Of a DNA stretch of 64,000 nt, positions 18,458-28,742 are shown one piece after another (within the stretch, counting starts at the first letter, position 1; each line of letters starts with the position of its first letter). The stretch spans positions 7,968,001 through 8,032,000 of the forward strand of contig OZ245006.1 in the NCBI GenBank assembly GCA_965223545.1. Reading direction: 5' to 3'. This stretch comes from Planctomycetota bacterium. Lineage in GTDB: Bacteria; Planctomycetota; UBA1135; UBA2386. The position numbers were made by a program, and so were the translations under genes. Below the pieces are notes generated by a model that saw only the letters and a program-made list of their open reading frames with translations, searched no databases and was not told where the DNA came from.

Positions 18458-21400
18458 GGTCGCGCCGGCCAAGCCCGTGTTCCGAGTCCGGGCGTGGCTG
18501 CTCGCCGGCGCGCTGGCGTGCGGTGCCTGCCAGCGGCAACCGCCGCCTTTGGTCAGCGAGCCGTTGCGGCCGCTCGCCGGACAAGGTGAGCGGCGGTTCG
18601 TGCGGCTGGATCCGGACGCCACGGGCTTGCGTTTCGTCAACGAGCTCTTGCCGGAGAACGCATACCCCTACCTGAACAACGGCGCCGGCGTCGCGGTCGG
18701 CGACGTCGATGGTGACGGCCGCCCCGACGTCTATCTGGTCTCGCGCGATGGCCGCAACGCGCTGTTCCTGCAGCGCGCGCCGTTCGAGTTCGTCGACGCC
18801 ACCGAGCGCGCCGGCGTCGACGGCGGGGCCGCATGGGGATCGGGTGCGTCGTTCGTCGACATCGACGGCGACGGCGACCTCGATCTGTACGTGTGCAACA
18901 CCGAGTCGCCCAACCTGCTGTACGTCAACCGCGGCGATGGGCAGTTCGACGAACGGGCGGCCGAGTTCGGCCTCGATCTGGTGGCCGCGTGTCAGATGGC
19001 GACGTTCGCGGACTACGACCGCGACGGTGACCTCGACGTGTACATCGTGACCAACCGCGTCTTCGCCGGGGATCTGCCGGCCGAGATCGTCGCCGATGTG
19101 CGCGTGCCGGCCGCCGTGACCAAGACCGCCGCCGAGATGTTCGGCTCGACCGATGGCGTCGTGCTGGCGGATGGGGAATGGCGGATTCCCGAGGCGGCGC
19201 GGAGCCACGTGTTCGCGATGCGCGACCAGCTGTACTTCGGTGGCCAGCGCGACCGCTTGATGCGCAACGACGGCGGCCGCTTCGTCGACGTCACCGCCGA
19301 AAGCGGCATCGCCGACCAGGGCATGGGGCTGTCGGCGACGTGGTGGGACTTCGATGGCGACGGCTGGCTCGATCTGTACGTGGCCAACGATCTGGAGTCG
19401 CCGGATCAGCTCTACCGCAACCTCGGCAGCGGGCTGTTCGAAGAAGTCGCCGCCCGCACCGTGCCGCACACCGCCTACTACGGGATGGGCTCGGATGCGG
19501 CCGACCTCGACAACGACGGCCGCCTCGAGCTCATGGTGGCGGACATGTCCGCCACCTCGCACGAGAAGTCGAAGATGCTCATGGGGCCGATGGGCCGTCG
19601 CCGGTGGGTGCTGGAGAACGCACGTCCACCGCAGTACATGCGCAACGCGGTGTTCTGGAACAGCGGCACGCCACGGCTGCAAGAGATCGCGCATCTTGCC
19701 GGCTTGGCGAGCAGCGACTGGACCTGGGCAGTGCTGCTCGCCGACTGGGACCTCGACGGACACAACGACGTGTTCGTCACCAACGGCATCCCGCGCTTCG
19801 ACATGAATCCCGACAACGCGCTGCGCTTGGCCGGGGCTCCGCGTGCGCAGCAGGTGGCGTTCGCGCGGCGGATCGCCGCGCTGCCGGAACGCAACCTCGC
19901 GTTCCGCAACCTCGGCGACCTGCGCTTCGAGGACGTCGCCGAGGAGTGGGGGATCGACCACCGCGGCGTCAGTCAGGGCGCGGCCTACGGCGACATGGAT
20001 CGCGACGGCGATCTCGACCTGGTGGTCAACAACCTCAACGGCCACGCTTGGATCTACCGCAACGAGACCGTCGGTGCACACCGTCTGGTCGTCCGTTTGG
20101 CCGGCCGGGGCGGCAACTCGGCGGGCATCGGGGCGCGGGTCGTCTTGCGCACGGCGGGCGGCGTGCAGGTGCGCGAGGTGATGCCGGTGCGGGGTTACCT
20201 GTCGTCGTGCGAGCCGGCGGCGTTCTTCGGCTTGGGAACGGAGTCGCGGATCGAGCAGTTGGTCGTGTGCTGGCCGTCGGGGGTCGAGCAGAGCTTCGAT
20301 GACGTACCGGTGGACCACGCGGTGACGGTCACCGAGCCGCCTCCGCCGCAAGTGCGGTCCGCGCCGGCGGCGGCGGCCGGCGCTGGGCAGCCACCGTGGT
20401 TTCGCGAGGAGGCAGCGCGCTTGGGCTTGCCGTTCGAACATCGAGAGCGGGCCTTCGACGACTATGCGTTGCAGCCGTTGCTGCCGCACCGGCTGTCGCG
20501 AGCAGGACCGGGAATCGCGGTCGCCGACGTCGATGGGGACGGCGCGGACGACGTGTGGGTGGGAGGGGCCGCTGGGCAGGGCGGTGCTCTCTATCTACAC
20601 CGGGAAGGCGAGTACCGGCGGGTGGACGGTCCGTGGACGATGCACGGTGAGGCCGAGGACATGGGCGCGGTCTTCTTCGACGCCGATGCCGACGGTGCGC
20701 TCGACCTCTTCGTTGCCAGCGGGGGCATCGAGGCCGAGGCTGGCGCTGCCACCTACGCCGACCGGTTGTACTTGGGCGACGGCAGCGGTGGGTTTCGCGA
20801 CGCCACCGAACGTGTGCCGGGCCCGTTCGCCTCGAGCTCCGCGGTGGCGGCGGCCGACTTCGACCGCGACGGCGACGTCGACCTGGCGGTCGGCGGGCGC
20901 GTGGTGCCGGGCCGCTATCCACATGCGCCGCCTTCTCGGCTGCTGCGCAACGATGGCGGTCGGTTCACCGTCCTCGAAGACGCGCACGCGCCGGGCCTGG
21001 CCGACGCCGGCATGGTGACGGCGTTGCTGTGGGCGGATCTCGACGACGACGGCTGGTTGGACCTGATCGGCGCGGCGCACTGGCGGCCCCTGGTGTGGTG
21101 GCGGAACGCGGGCGATGGCGGGTCGTTGGCCGCAAGAGAGGCGCTGCCCGCGGGCACGGGCTGGTGGAACGCCGTCGCGGTGGGCGACCTGGACGCCGAC
21201 GGCGACCTCGACCTGGTCGCGACCAACAACGGCGAGAACAGCAAGTACCACGCCGACGACGACCATCCCGCCCTGTTGTACAGCGCCGACTTCGACGGCA
21301 ACGGGGTCCTCGACGTGATCGAAGCCAAGCTGCGCGGTGACGAGCAGCTGCCGGTGCGGGGCCGCAGCTGCAGCAGTGCGGCGATGCCGTTCGTCGCCGA

Positions 21401-22148
21401 GCGCTTTCCCACTTACGAGCGATTTGCGCACGCGGCCCTGGACGACATCTACAGTGCCGCGGCGTTGGCGGCGGCGCGCCGCGACACTGCCAGCGAGCTG
21501 CGCAGCGGTTGGCTGCGCAACGACGGTGGCGGCAGCTTCCATTGGCTGCCATTCGAGCGCCGGGTGCAGGTCGCTCCGGGCTTCGGCGTCGTGGTCCGCG
21601 ATCTCGACGGCGACAGCCTGCTCGATGTGTTCATGGCGCAGAACTCCGATGCGCCGGAGCCGGAGACCGGCAGGATGGCGGGCGGCCTCGGCCAGGTGCT
21701 CGCCGGCGTGGACGGCGGCCCTCCGGCCTGGCGGGGCGCCGCCGAGACCGGGGTGGTGATCGCTGCCGATGCGAGCGCCGCGGTGAGCGCCGACCTCGAT
21801 CGCGATGGCAGCCCGGATCTCCTGGTCGGGATCAACGACGGGCCGGTGCGCGTCCTGCGCAACACGGCGGCGTCGACGCGGTTCTTCGCCGTGCGCCTCG
21901 AGGGGCCGCCGGGCAACCCGACGGCGATCGGTGCGCGGGTCACCGTGCAGCTGGCCGGTGGCCGGCAACAGGTGTTGCCGGTGGTGTGCGGCAGTGGCTA
22001 CCTGTCGGCGGCCAGTCCGGAGTTGCTCTTCGGTACCGACGCGCAGACCGTCGCCGAGGTGCGCGTGCGTTGGCCGAACGGTGAGCACACCGTCCACCGG
22101 CCGGCCGAAGGTCAGCGGCGCGCGGTGTTGACCAGTCCCTCGCGCTGA
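18447..22148 (+). CDS. CRTAC1/ASPIC-UnbV family FG-GAP (VCBS) repeat lipoprotein
   Basis: Many 'DxDGDGxxDL' repeats, two UnbV-type segments ('IGARV...GYLS...FGLG') and a lipobox-like 'LACGAC'. Confidence 0.88.
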   Translation: MTAEVAPAKPVFRVRAWLLAGALACGACQRQPPPLVSEPLRPLAGQGERRFVRLDPDATGLRFVNELLPENAYPYLNNGAGVAVGDVDGDGRPDVYLVSRDGRNALFLQRAPFEFVDATERAGVDGGAAWGSGASFVDIDGDGDLDLYVCNTESPNLLYVNRGDGQFDERAAEFGLDLVAACQMATFADYDRDGDLDVYIVTNRVFAGDLPAEIVADVRVPAAVTKTAAEMFGSTDGVVLADGEWRIPEAARSHVFAMRDQLYFGGQRDRLMRNDGGRFVDVTAESGIADQGMGLSATWWDFDGDGWLDLYVANDLESPDQLYRNLGSGLFEEVAARTVPHTAYYGMGSDAADLDNDGRLELMVADMSATSHEKSKMLMGPMGRRRWVLENARPPQYMRNAVFWNSGTPRLQEIAHLAGLASSDWTWAVLLADWDLDGHNDVFVTNGIPRFDMNPDNALRLAGAPRAQQVAFARRIAALPERNLAFRNLGDLRFEDVAEEWGIDHRGVSQGAAYGDMDRDGDLDLVVNNLNGHAWIYRNETVGAHRLVVRLAGRGGNSAGIGARVVLRTAGGVQVREVMPVRGYLSSCEPAAFFGLGTESRIEQLVVCWPSGVEQSFDDVPVDHAVTVTEPPPPQVRSAPAAAAGAGQPPWFREEAARLGLPFEHRERAFDDYALQPLLPHRLSRAGPGIAVADVDGDGADDVWVGGAAGQGGALYLHREGEYRRVDGPWTMHGEAEDMGAVFFDADADGALDLFVASGGIEAEAGAATYADRLYLGDGSGGFRDATERVPGPFASSSAVAAADFDRDGDVDLAVGGRVVPGRYPHAPPSRLLRNDGGRFTVLEDAHAPGLADAGMVTALLWADLDDDGWLDLIGAAHWRPLVWWRNAGDGGSLAAREALPAGTGWWNAVAVGDLDADGDLDLVATNNGENSKYHADDDHPALLYSADFDGNGVLDVIEAKLRGDEQLPVRGRSCSSAAMPFVAERFPTYERFAHAALDDIYSAAALAAARRDTASELRSGWLRNDGGGSFHWLPFERRVQVAPGFGVVVRDLDGDSLLDVFMAQNSDAPEPETGRMAGGLGQVLAGVDGGPPAWRGAAETGVVIAADASAAVSADLDRDGSPDLLVGINDGPVRVLRNTAASTRFFAVRLEGPPGNPTAIGARVTVQLAGGRQQVLPVVCGSGYLSAASPELLFGTDAQTVAEVRVRWPNGEHTVHRPAEGQRRAVLTSPSR

Positions 22149-23392
22149 ATCGGCCGGCGCCACCGCGCCAGAATCGCGCGGGCGCCGGCGGCGGCCGACA
22201 GCAGGGCGAAGCCGTACAGCTCCGGCCGGAGCGGAGTGGCATACCGCGGCCAGGGGGCGAACACCGTGTAGACCGCGGTGGCGTAGAGCAGCGGCGCCAG
22301 CAGCAGCCAATCTCGTCCGAGCCCGTGGCCGCGCAGGCGCCGCCACAGCGCGGCGGCCGCGCCGGCGGCGGCGAGCACTACGAGCAGCGGGTGGAGTATC
22401 TGCATGCCGCGGCGCGTGGCCTCGGCTGCCAGTTGGGTCTCGTAGAGCGAATCGGCGACCGGAAACACGTACACGTCGCCTTGTCCCTGCAGGATCGACC
22501 AACCCCACAGCGCCGCCGGTTTGCCCAGCAGATACCAGGCGAGGTACTTGCCGGGCTGTTGGCCGACGCGCTCGGACAGCACCTCGGCAAAGCGCTGCCA
22601 CGAGCGGCCGAACTCGGGTTGGGCTTCGTCCTCCAGGTACGCCGAGTAGCGGTAGCGCGGGTCGCGGTGCACCCAGTCGGGGTAGGCGCCATGCGTCATC
22701 GTCATCAGGGCGCGCTGGCTGCCGCGCAGGGCCGGATCGTCGATGCCGTGCGAACGCATTGCCCATGCGCCGACGCCGGCGCCGACGATCAGCAGGATGG
22801 TGATCGCCTGGCGGCGGTTGGTGAAGACTGGCAGCAGCGCCAACGGCAGCAGGGCAAAGCTCTCGTTGATGGCGGCCGTGGCGAGGAGCAACACGCCGGC
22901 CAGAACCGTTCGGTGTCGGGCGACTGCCAGCAGGGCGCCGAGCAGGCTCACGCTGCACGCGGTCTCGGTCAGGATGTAGCTGCAGCTGGTGACCAAGTGT
23001 GGGCTGAGGGCGGTGAGTGCGGCGGTGCCCAAGGCGATGGCGTCGCCGGCGATGGGGCGGAGCAACGCGAACGCGAGCCAAACCGCCAGCGTCGACAGAG
23101 CGACCTGCAGCCAACGAACGGCCGCGTACCAGCCATCGCTGCCGGCGATCGCCATCGCCACCGCGAGCAGCGCGGGGTAGCCCGGGGAGCGGAGCGAATC
23201 GGGCCGCGGAGGGGCTTGGCGGTCGACCGAGAACGTGCCGTGCTCGACCAGGTTGTGCGCCGCCTGGGCGTACTGGCCGGCGTCGGTGCGCAGGGGGTCC
23301 TTGACGTAGGTGACGGCGACGTAGCCGGCGCGCAGCAGGAGCGCGACGGCGCAGACGAACACCAACAGGACGTAGCGCTCGGGGGCTCGCAT
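22112..23392 (-). CDS. Membrane GT-C fold glycosyltransferase (GT39/ArnT-like)
   Basis: Multi-TM protein with 'DAGQY..AAHNL', 'RSPGYP', 'ILTE' and C-terminal 'PRY..P'. Confidence 0.65.
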   Translation of the reverse strand: MRAPERYVLLVFVCAVALLLRAGYVAVTYVKDPLRTDAGQYAQAAHNLVEHGTFSVDRQAPPRPDSLRSPGYPALLAVAMAIAGSDGWYAAVRWLQVALSTLAVWLAFALLRPIAGDAIALGTAALTALSPHLVTSCSYILTETACSVSLLGALLAVARHRTVLAGVLLLATAAINESFALLPLALLPVFTNRRQAITILLIVGAGVGAWAMRSHGIDDPALRGSQRALMTMTHGAYPDWVHRDPRYRYSAYLEDEAQPEFGRSWQRFAEVLSERVGQQPGKYLAWYLLGKPAALWGWSILQGQGDVYVFPVADSLYETQLAAEATRRGMQILHPLLVVLAAAGAAAALWRRLRGHGLGRDWLLLAPLLYATAVYTVFAPWPRYATPLRPELYGFALLSAAAGARAILARWRRPIQREGLVNTARR

Positions 23393-23599
23393 GATGGGGG
23401 GCGGTGCTCGAGGGGGCGGTCGCCGCCTCCTGGGGTATCGGCCGGCGCCGGGTCCGGAGTGCAGCGCGCCGGCCTTTCCGTTCAGAACCGTTCGGTTCAT
23501 CGGGCCGCGCGGGTTGGCCGATACCATGGGTGCGCTTTGCGCCACCCGGCCACGCGGCAGCGCTTGGCCCCCAAAGCGCCCTTCGACCCCCCCCTCGGA

Positions 23600-24766
23600 A
23601 TGACCAGCTTGCACGAGACGACGGCGGCTTCACCCGTCACCGCCGGCCGGCGGCGCGTACTGCTCGCCGTCGGCACCCGCCCCGAGGCGGTCAAGATGGC
23701 GCCGGTGATCACCGCGCTGCGCGCGCGGCCCGAGCTCCAGGTGCGGGTTCTGGCCACCGCGCAGCACCGGGACATGCTGGACTCCGTAATGGAGTTCTTC
23801 GGCGTCGCTCCGGATGTCGACCTGGATCTGATGCGCCCGGGCCAGGGACTGGCGGATTTGACCGCCCGCATGCTGTCGGCGGTGGACGCCGTCTTGGCGC
23901 GCGAACAGCCGGACCTGGTGCTCGCCCAGGGGGACACCACGACGGTGATGGTCACCGGGTTGTGCTGCTACTACCGCGGCATTCCGTTCGGCCACGTCGA
24001 GGCGGGACTGCGCACCGGCGATCGCCGGCAGCCCTTTCCCGAGGAGATGAATCGCGCGGTCGTCGGGTGGCTCGCCGACCTGCACTTCGCGCCGACCGAA
24101 GCCGCGGCCGACAACTTGCGGCGCGAGGGCGTCGCCGAGGACCGGCTGCACGTCACCGGCAACACGGTGATCGACGCCTTGCTGTGGGCTGCCGAGCGGG
24201 ACTTGCCGCATCACTACGGCTCCGGCGAGCGGCCGTTGGTCCTACTCACCGCGCACCGCCGCGAGAGCTTCGGTGCGCCGCTGCGCGCGGTGTTCGGCGC
24301 GGTGCGTGCGCTGGTCGAGGCGCGCGACATCGAGGTGCTCTACCCGGTGCATCCCAATCCCAACGTGCAGCGCGCGGCGCAAGAGCTGCTCGGGGGGCAC
24401 GCGCGGATCCACCTGGTCCCGCCGCTGACCTATCCACAGTTCGTCGCGGCGATGCGGCAGGCCCACCTCGTGCTCACCGATTCCGGCGGGGTGCAGGAGG
24501 AGGCGCCGTCCCTCGACCTGCCGGTGTTGGTGTTGCGCGACGTCACCGAGCGGCCGGAGGGGGTCGCGGCGGGTGCCAGCCGGCTGGTGGGAACCGAACC
24601 GGAGCGGATTCTGGCGGCCGCGACCGCGCTGCTCGATGACCCGAAGGCGCATGCCGCGATGGCGGGCGCGCGCAATCCATACGGCGACGGCCGGGCCGCC
24701 GAGCGCATCGTCGCGGCGGTCAGCGGGTTTCTGACGCCGGCTCCGCGCGGCGCAGATGGCGTCTGA
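23600..24766 (+). CDS. wecB: UDP-N-acetylglucosamine 2-epimerase (non-hydrolysing)
   Basis: 'GTRPEAVKMAP', 'QGDTTT', 'HVEAGLRT', 'PEEMNR', 'TDSGGVQEEAP', 'NPYGDG'. Confidence 0.96.
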   Translation: MTSLHETTAASPVTAGRRRVLLAVGTRPEAVKMAPVITALRARPELQVRVLATAQHRDMLDSVMEFFGVAPDVDLDLMRPGQGLADLTARMLSAVDAVLAREQPDLVLAQGDTTTVMVTGLCCYYRGIPFGHVEAGLRTGDRRQPFPEEMNRAVVGWLADLHFAPTEAAADNLRREGVAEDRLHVTGNTVIDALLWAAERDLPHHYGSGERPLVLLTAHRRESFGAPLRAVFGAVRALVEARDIEVLYPVHPNPNVQRAAQELLGGHARIHLVPPLTYPQFVAAMRQAHLVLTDSGGVQEEAPSLDLPVLVLRDVTERPEGVAAGASRLVGTEPERILAAATALLDDPKAHAAMAGARNPYGDGRAAERIVAAVSGFLTPAPRGADGV

Positions 24767-26243
24767 GGTCGGTCTCCTCGCGCGTCGGATGCCACCAGGC
24801 CAAGACCGCGAAGGCGAGCAGGACCACTCCCAGCTCGAGCGCACCGAGGTCCAGCGCTGGCCACAGCCGGCCGGTGAGATCGACGACCGCCAGCAGGGCC
24901 GTCAGCTGCAGGGGGCGGCGGAAGACGCGGCGCCACGCCAGGTCGACGCCGGCGGACCGCAGCGCGCCGGCGAGATGCAGAACGTACCACAGTTGGGTGG
25001 CGACCATCGCGAGCACGGCGCCGAGCGCGCCGCCGCCGGGGACCAGGACGGCGTTGGCGCCGACGTTGAGTAGAACTGCCAGGCAACAGGCGCGGCCCCA
25101 GACCTGTTGGCGGCCGACCGCGCGCAGCGCATTGTCCAGCGGTGCGGCGACGAAGCGCAGGAACAGCACGGGCGCCAGGGCGACGGCGAGCGGCCCCGCG
25201 CCGGCGTAGCTGCTTCCCAACAGAAGAGTGATCAGCCCATCGCCGTGCAGGGCGAGCAGCAGCGCGCCGGCCCAGCCCACCGTGCCGACGACCGTCGCGT
25301 CGAGGTGGTAGAGGCGGGCGACTGCCGTAGGGCCGTGGTGGCCGAGCTTGTAGGCGAGCGGCGAGATGGCGGTGGTGACCACCTGCGGCAGGAGCAACGC
25401 CAACACCAGTAGACGGGTGGCAGCGTGATAGCGTCCGACTTCTTCGACGTCGCGCCACAGTCCGAGCAGCAAGACGTCGAGCTGGCCCATGGCGAGCACC
25501 GCGAGAACGCCGACGGCAAAGGGCATCGAGGACCGCAGCGTCGTGGCCATCGCGTGCGCGGAGATCGCGGGCCGCACTTGGCGCACGATGCCGACCCACG
25601 GCAGCGCGGCGGCGAGCACCGCGGCACCGGCGTAGGCGTAGGCCAGGGTGTCGACACCACCCCCGGCGAGGAGTACCGCGGCCATGGCGGCTCCGCGCAG
25701 GAGGCTGCGGTGCATGGCGATCCGCGCCGTCCACTCCATCCGCTCCCAGGTTTGGTACACCGACGACGCCAGCATGCCGGCGCCATCGGCGAGGCTCGCG
25801 ACGAACAGGGCGGGCAGCAGCGCGATGACCTCGGCGGGATAGCCGGCCAGCATGCTGATGCCGAGCGCAGCGACGAACACCGGCACTGCCAGCAGCGCCC
25901 GCCAGACGAGGGCCGCGCCGAGGAAGCCCGGCAGGGCCTCGGGCTGCCGCGTGCAAGTGTGCACCAGAGCGACGCTGGTGCCCAAGTTGCAAAACGGGGT
26001 CGCCAGCAGGGCGACGGTGAGCGCCAGCGAGAACACTCCGTACGCCGGCACGCCGAGGTAGCGGGCGACCAGAAAGAACAGGGCGTACTGGACCGCCGCG
26101 CTGCCGACCACGCCGATCCCGACGAAGGACAGGTTGCGCACCAACCGGTCGGCCGAAGCGCGCACGGAGTGGTCGGCCGCGGCGCCCTCGATCTCTCCGG
26201 GCAGCGCGCTGCCGCGTGAAGATTCTCGGCCCCGGACGCTCAC
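24720..26243 (-). CDS. wzx: Oligosaccharide flippase (Wzx)
   Basis: About 12-14 TM segments, 'ARYLG...YG.F', 'D..LLG...VGRY'. GTGA coupling to the upstream gene, within the polysaccharide locus. Confidence 0.8.
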   Translation of the reverse strand: MSVRGRESSRGSALPGEIEGAAADHSVRASADRLVRNLSFVGIGVVGSAAVQYALFFLVARYLGVPAYGVFSLALTVALLATPFCNLGTSVALVHTCTRQPEALPGFLGAALVWRALLAVPVFVAALGISMLAGYPAEVIALLPALFVASLADGAGMLASSVYQTWERMEWTARIAMHRSLLRGAAMAAVLLAGGGVDTLAYAYAGAAVLAAALPWVGIVRQVRPAISAHAMATTLRSSMPFAVGVLAVLAMGQLDVLLLGLWRDVEEVGRYHAATRLLVLALLLPQVVTTAISPLAYKLGHHGPTAVARLYHLDATVVGTVGWAGALLLALHGDGLITLLLGSSYAGAGPLAVALAPVLFLRFVAAPLDNALRAVGRQQVWGRACCLAVLLNVGANAVLVPGGGALGAVLAMVATQLWYVLHLAGALRSAGVDLAWRRVFRRPLQLTALLAVVDLTGRLWPALDLGALELGVVLLAFAVLAWWHPTREETDLRRHLRRAEPASETR

Positions 26244-27565
26244 CGCCGCTGCGCTTCCGTCGCCGGCACGCTCTGGCACGCAGCCATCAGCATGCCCAGC
26301 GCCATGAACAAGAAGTGGTTGCGGATCCAGTCGCCGACGGCCTGCACACCGACGACGGCGAACACGGCGAACGACAACGCGAGCGCACGGTTTGCCGATG
26401 GTGGGGCGCCGCGCGTGCGCCAGACCCGGAGGCCGACGGATCCGAGCAGGCCGACCAACAAGAGCAGGCCGAGCAGGCCGCACTCGCTGGCGAACTCGAG
26501 AAAGATGTTGTGCGGATACGAGCGTTCCGCCCACGCGTCGAGCTCGGCGAATCCGCCGGGGCCGACGCCGATCAAGGGCGACGACAAGAACGCCTGCCAG
26601 GACGTTTGCCAGGCGTAGGCGCGCTCTTGATAGGCCAGTGACTCGAGGACTCGTCCCGGGTCGAAGCGCTGCTCGAGCACTTCGGATGCCGACGAGCTGT
26701 AGAACGCGACGATGGTGACCGTGGCGATCGCCGCCGGCCAGAGCACGGCGCGTCGCAGGCGGATCGCGAGCGGTGCCAGCGCCACCAGCGCCGCGATGGT
26801 GTAAGCGCGGGCCCCGGAGATCGCGATCAAGCCGAGACAGATGGCGAACACCGCCATGCTGAGCCGGCGCGGACCCGTGCGACCGCGATGCCACACCCAC
26901 AGTGCCGCGGCGCCGAACGCGATCTTGGCCAGCGCGAAGGCCAGCGCCTGGTGGGCGGGTTGGACCAGCACGCCCGCGTAGGCGTGCAGCCGATAGAAGT
27001 AGTCGATCGTCAGCCGCGCCGGCTCGAGGGCGAGCGAGGCCAAGCTGCAGAGCAGCAACGGTGCTGCGAACAGGATGAGCCAGCGCGCCGGCGGCGGCGC
27101 CACGGCACGGCCGGCGGCCCAGCCGAGGAGCAGGGACGGGCCGCAGAGCAGGAAGAAGGCCGCCGTCTTCTGTTCGCCGTAGCCGTTGAGCGTCCGGCCG
27201 GTGACCGCGAGCAGCGCCACGTGGGCCAGCATCACCGCGCCGAGCCCGGCGAAGATCCAGACCTCGCGCTGGCGCAGGATGCCGCGCAGCTGGCCGCTGA
27301 CCACGGCCAGCGGCAACAGCACCAGCTGCGCGACCGCTGCGCCGGCGATCCAGTTGCCGCTCTCGCCGGTCAGCGCGTGCGAGATGGACAACGACAGGTA
27401 GTCGCCGAACAGCAGGAAGGCGAGGCCCACGTGCAGCGTGGCGGTCAGTGCCGCGCGCGATGCCCGTCCCGGAGCTGCACCGCGCGCCGCGACCACGGCC
27501 GCCGGGGAGTCGGGCAGCAGCGGCTGCCAGCCGTCGGCGACCGCCCGTCCGGCGGCCCGGCTCAC
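26240..27565 (-). CDS. O-antigen ligase/polymerase (Wzy_C) family protein, probable Wzy
   Basis: Multi-TM protein with 'SGAR', 'PLIGVGPGGF' and 'YPHNIFLEFASECGLLG'. GTGA coupling. Confidence 0.8.
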   Translation of the reverse strand: MSRAAGRAVADGWQPLLPDSPAAVVAARGAAPGRASRAALTATLHVGLAFLLFGDYLSLSISHALTGESGNWIAGAAVAQLVLLPLAVVSGQLRGILRQREVWIFAGLGAVMLAHVALLAVTGRTLNGYGEQKTAAFFLLCGPSLLLGWAAGRAVAPPPARWLILFAAPLLLCSLASLALEPARLTIDYFYRLHAYAGVLVQPAHQALAFALAKIAFGAAALWVWHRGRTGPRRLSMAVFAICLGLIAISGARAYTIAALVALAPLAIRLRRAVLWPAAIATVTIVAFYSSSASEVLEQRFDPGRVLESLAYQERAYAWQTSWQAFLSSPLIGVGPGGFAELDAWAERSYPHNIFLEFASECGLLGLLLLVGLLGSVGLRVWRTRGAPPSANRALALSFAVFAVVGVQAVGDWIRNHFLFMALGMLMAACQSVPATEAQRR

Positions 27566-28689
27566 TGCGCGGCGACGCGCAGCGCGCGCGCCAGCACGGG
27601 TTGTAGCTCGGCGCGCCAGCGCGGCAGGCCGTAGAGCTCGGGGCAGGCCTGCATCGCGTTGCGGCCGAGGCGGACGCGCAGGTCGGAGTCGGTGATCAGC
27701 TGGTGCAGGGCGGCTTCGAGATCGGTCGCCGTCGGCGCGACCAGGCGGCCGTTGTGCCCGTTCTGGATCAGGTTGGGCAGCCCGCCGACCCAGGTGCCGA
27801 CGACCGCGCAGCCGTGATACATCGCCTCGATCGCGCTCAGCGAAGTTCCCTCCCCGCAGATCGTCGGAATCACCGCGATCGCGGCCTGCCCGTAGGCTTC
27901 GCCCATCCGCTCGAACGGCAAGCTGCTCAGCTGCCACTGCTCGCGACGCATGCCGGAGTCGATCAGCTGCCGGCGGAGCGGCTCGGTGTGATAGCCGGAG
28001 CCGACGACGAAGTCGAAGCGCAGGGCGTGGTGTCGCCGCGCCAGCCGCGGCGCGACCTGGGACATGAGCCAGATCCCGCGGCGCGGCTCGCTCCGCCGGG
28101 GGAAGCAGATGGTCAGCGGCGCGCCCGGCCGCTGCACGGCCGCCGGTTGCAGCGGCTGAGGGCCCCATTGGTCGGGGTCGATGAAGTTGGCGACGTAGTG
28201 CAGCTTGCGATCGTGCCCGGCATCCGGCCAGCGGGCGCGGTACCAGTTGAGGAAGTTGGTATCCACGCAGACCATCGCGCCGGCGCGACTTACCGCGTGG
28301 CGGGCGACGCGTTCGGCCAGCCGCACCTTGGCCCAGCCGTACTCGCCGTCCCACCAGATGCCGTGCTGCACGACGATGCTCCGCGGGCGGCAGAGCGGGA
28401 AGGCCAGGTCCTCGAACATGTAGACCACCGGCGCACCGGCCGGCAACGAGCGGTGGCAGGCGAGGTTGAAGGCCGGCGATGCCCAAGCGCGGGCCGGGCA
28501 GCGGTGGCCGACGATGCGGGCGCCGGCGTGCAAGGCGCGTTCGAAGGCGCGCGTCGCGCGCTGGTGCACGACCACTGGATGGCCGTTCGCGTTGAGCAAC
28601 CGCACCAGCTCCAGCAGCCAGCGCTGTTGGCCGCCGTAGGTCATCGCCTCGCCTTCGTAGTCCAGCAGGCGCCACGTCAGCACGTGCAC
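27562..28689 (-). CDS. Glycosyltransferase family 4
   Basis: 'YGGQQ', 'EGTSLSAIEAM', 'VGGLPNLIQNGHNG'. Start uncertain: GTG 28689, or a CTG at 28746 overlapping the upstream stop. Confidence 0.85.
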   Translation of the reverse strand: MHVLTWRLLDYEGEAMTYGGQQRWLLELVRLLNANGHPVVVHQRATRAFERALHAGARIVGHRCPARAWASPAFNLACHRSLPAGAPVVYMFEDLAFPLCRPRSIVVQHGIWWDGEYGWAKVRLAERVARHAVSRAGAMVCVDTNFLNWYRARWPDAGHDRKLHYVANFIDPDQWGPQPLQPAAVQRPGAPLTICFPRRSEPRRGIWLMSQVAPRLARRHHALRFDFVVGSGYHTEPLRRQLIDSGMRREQWQLSSLPFERMGEAYGQAAIAVIPTICGEGTSLSAIEAMYHGCAVVGTWVGGLPNLIQNGHNGRLVAPTATDLEAALHQLITDSDLRVRLGRNAMQACPELYGLPRWRAELQPVLARALRVAAQ

Positions 28690-28742
28690 AGCCTCGGCCT
28701 CGAGCGGGCCGGCCGGTGCCTCGATGGCGGTGGCGGCAGGAG

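Noticed and set aside
18447..22148. Recurrent GACxxCGACGGCGAC DNA repeats as a non-coding repeat system
   Set aside because: Explained by encoded DxDGDG FG-GAP calcium-binding repeats, and likewise in the M14 genes.
16208..23633. Long minus-strand ORFs (810, 773, 1012 aa) and similar long overlapping ORFs elsewhere
   Set aside because: Typical stop-poor shadow frames of high-GC genes, lying opposite or across well-supported CDSs and lacking motifs.
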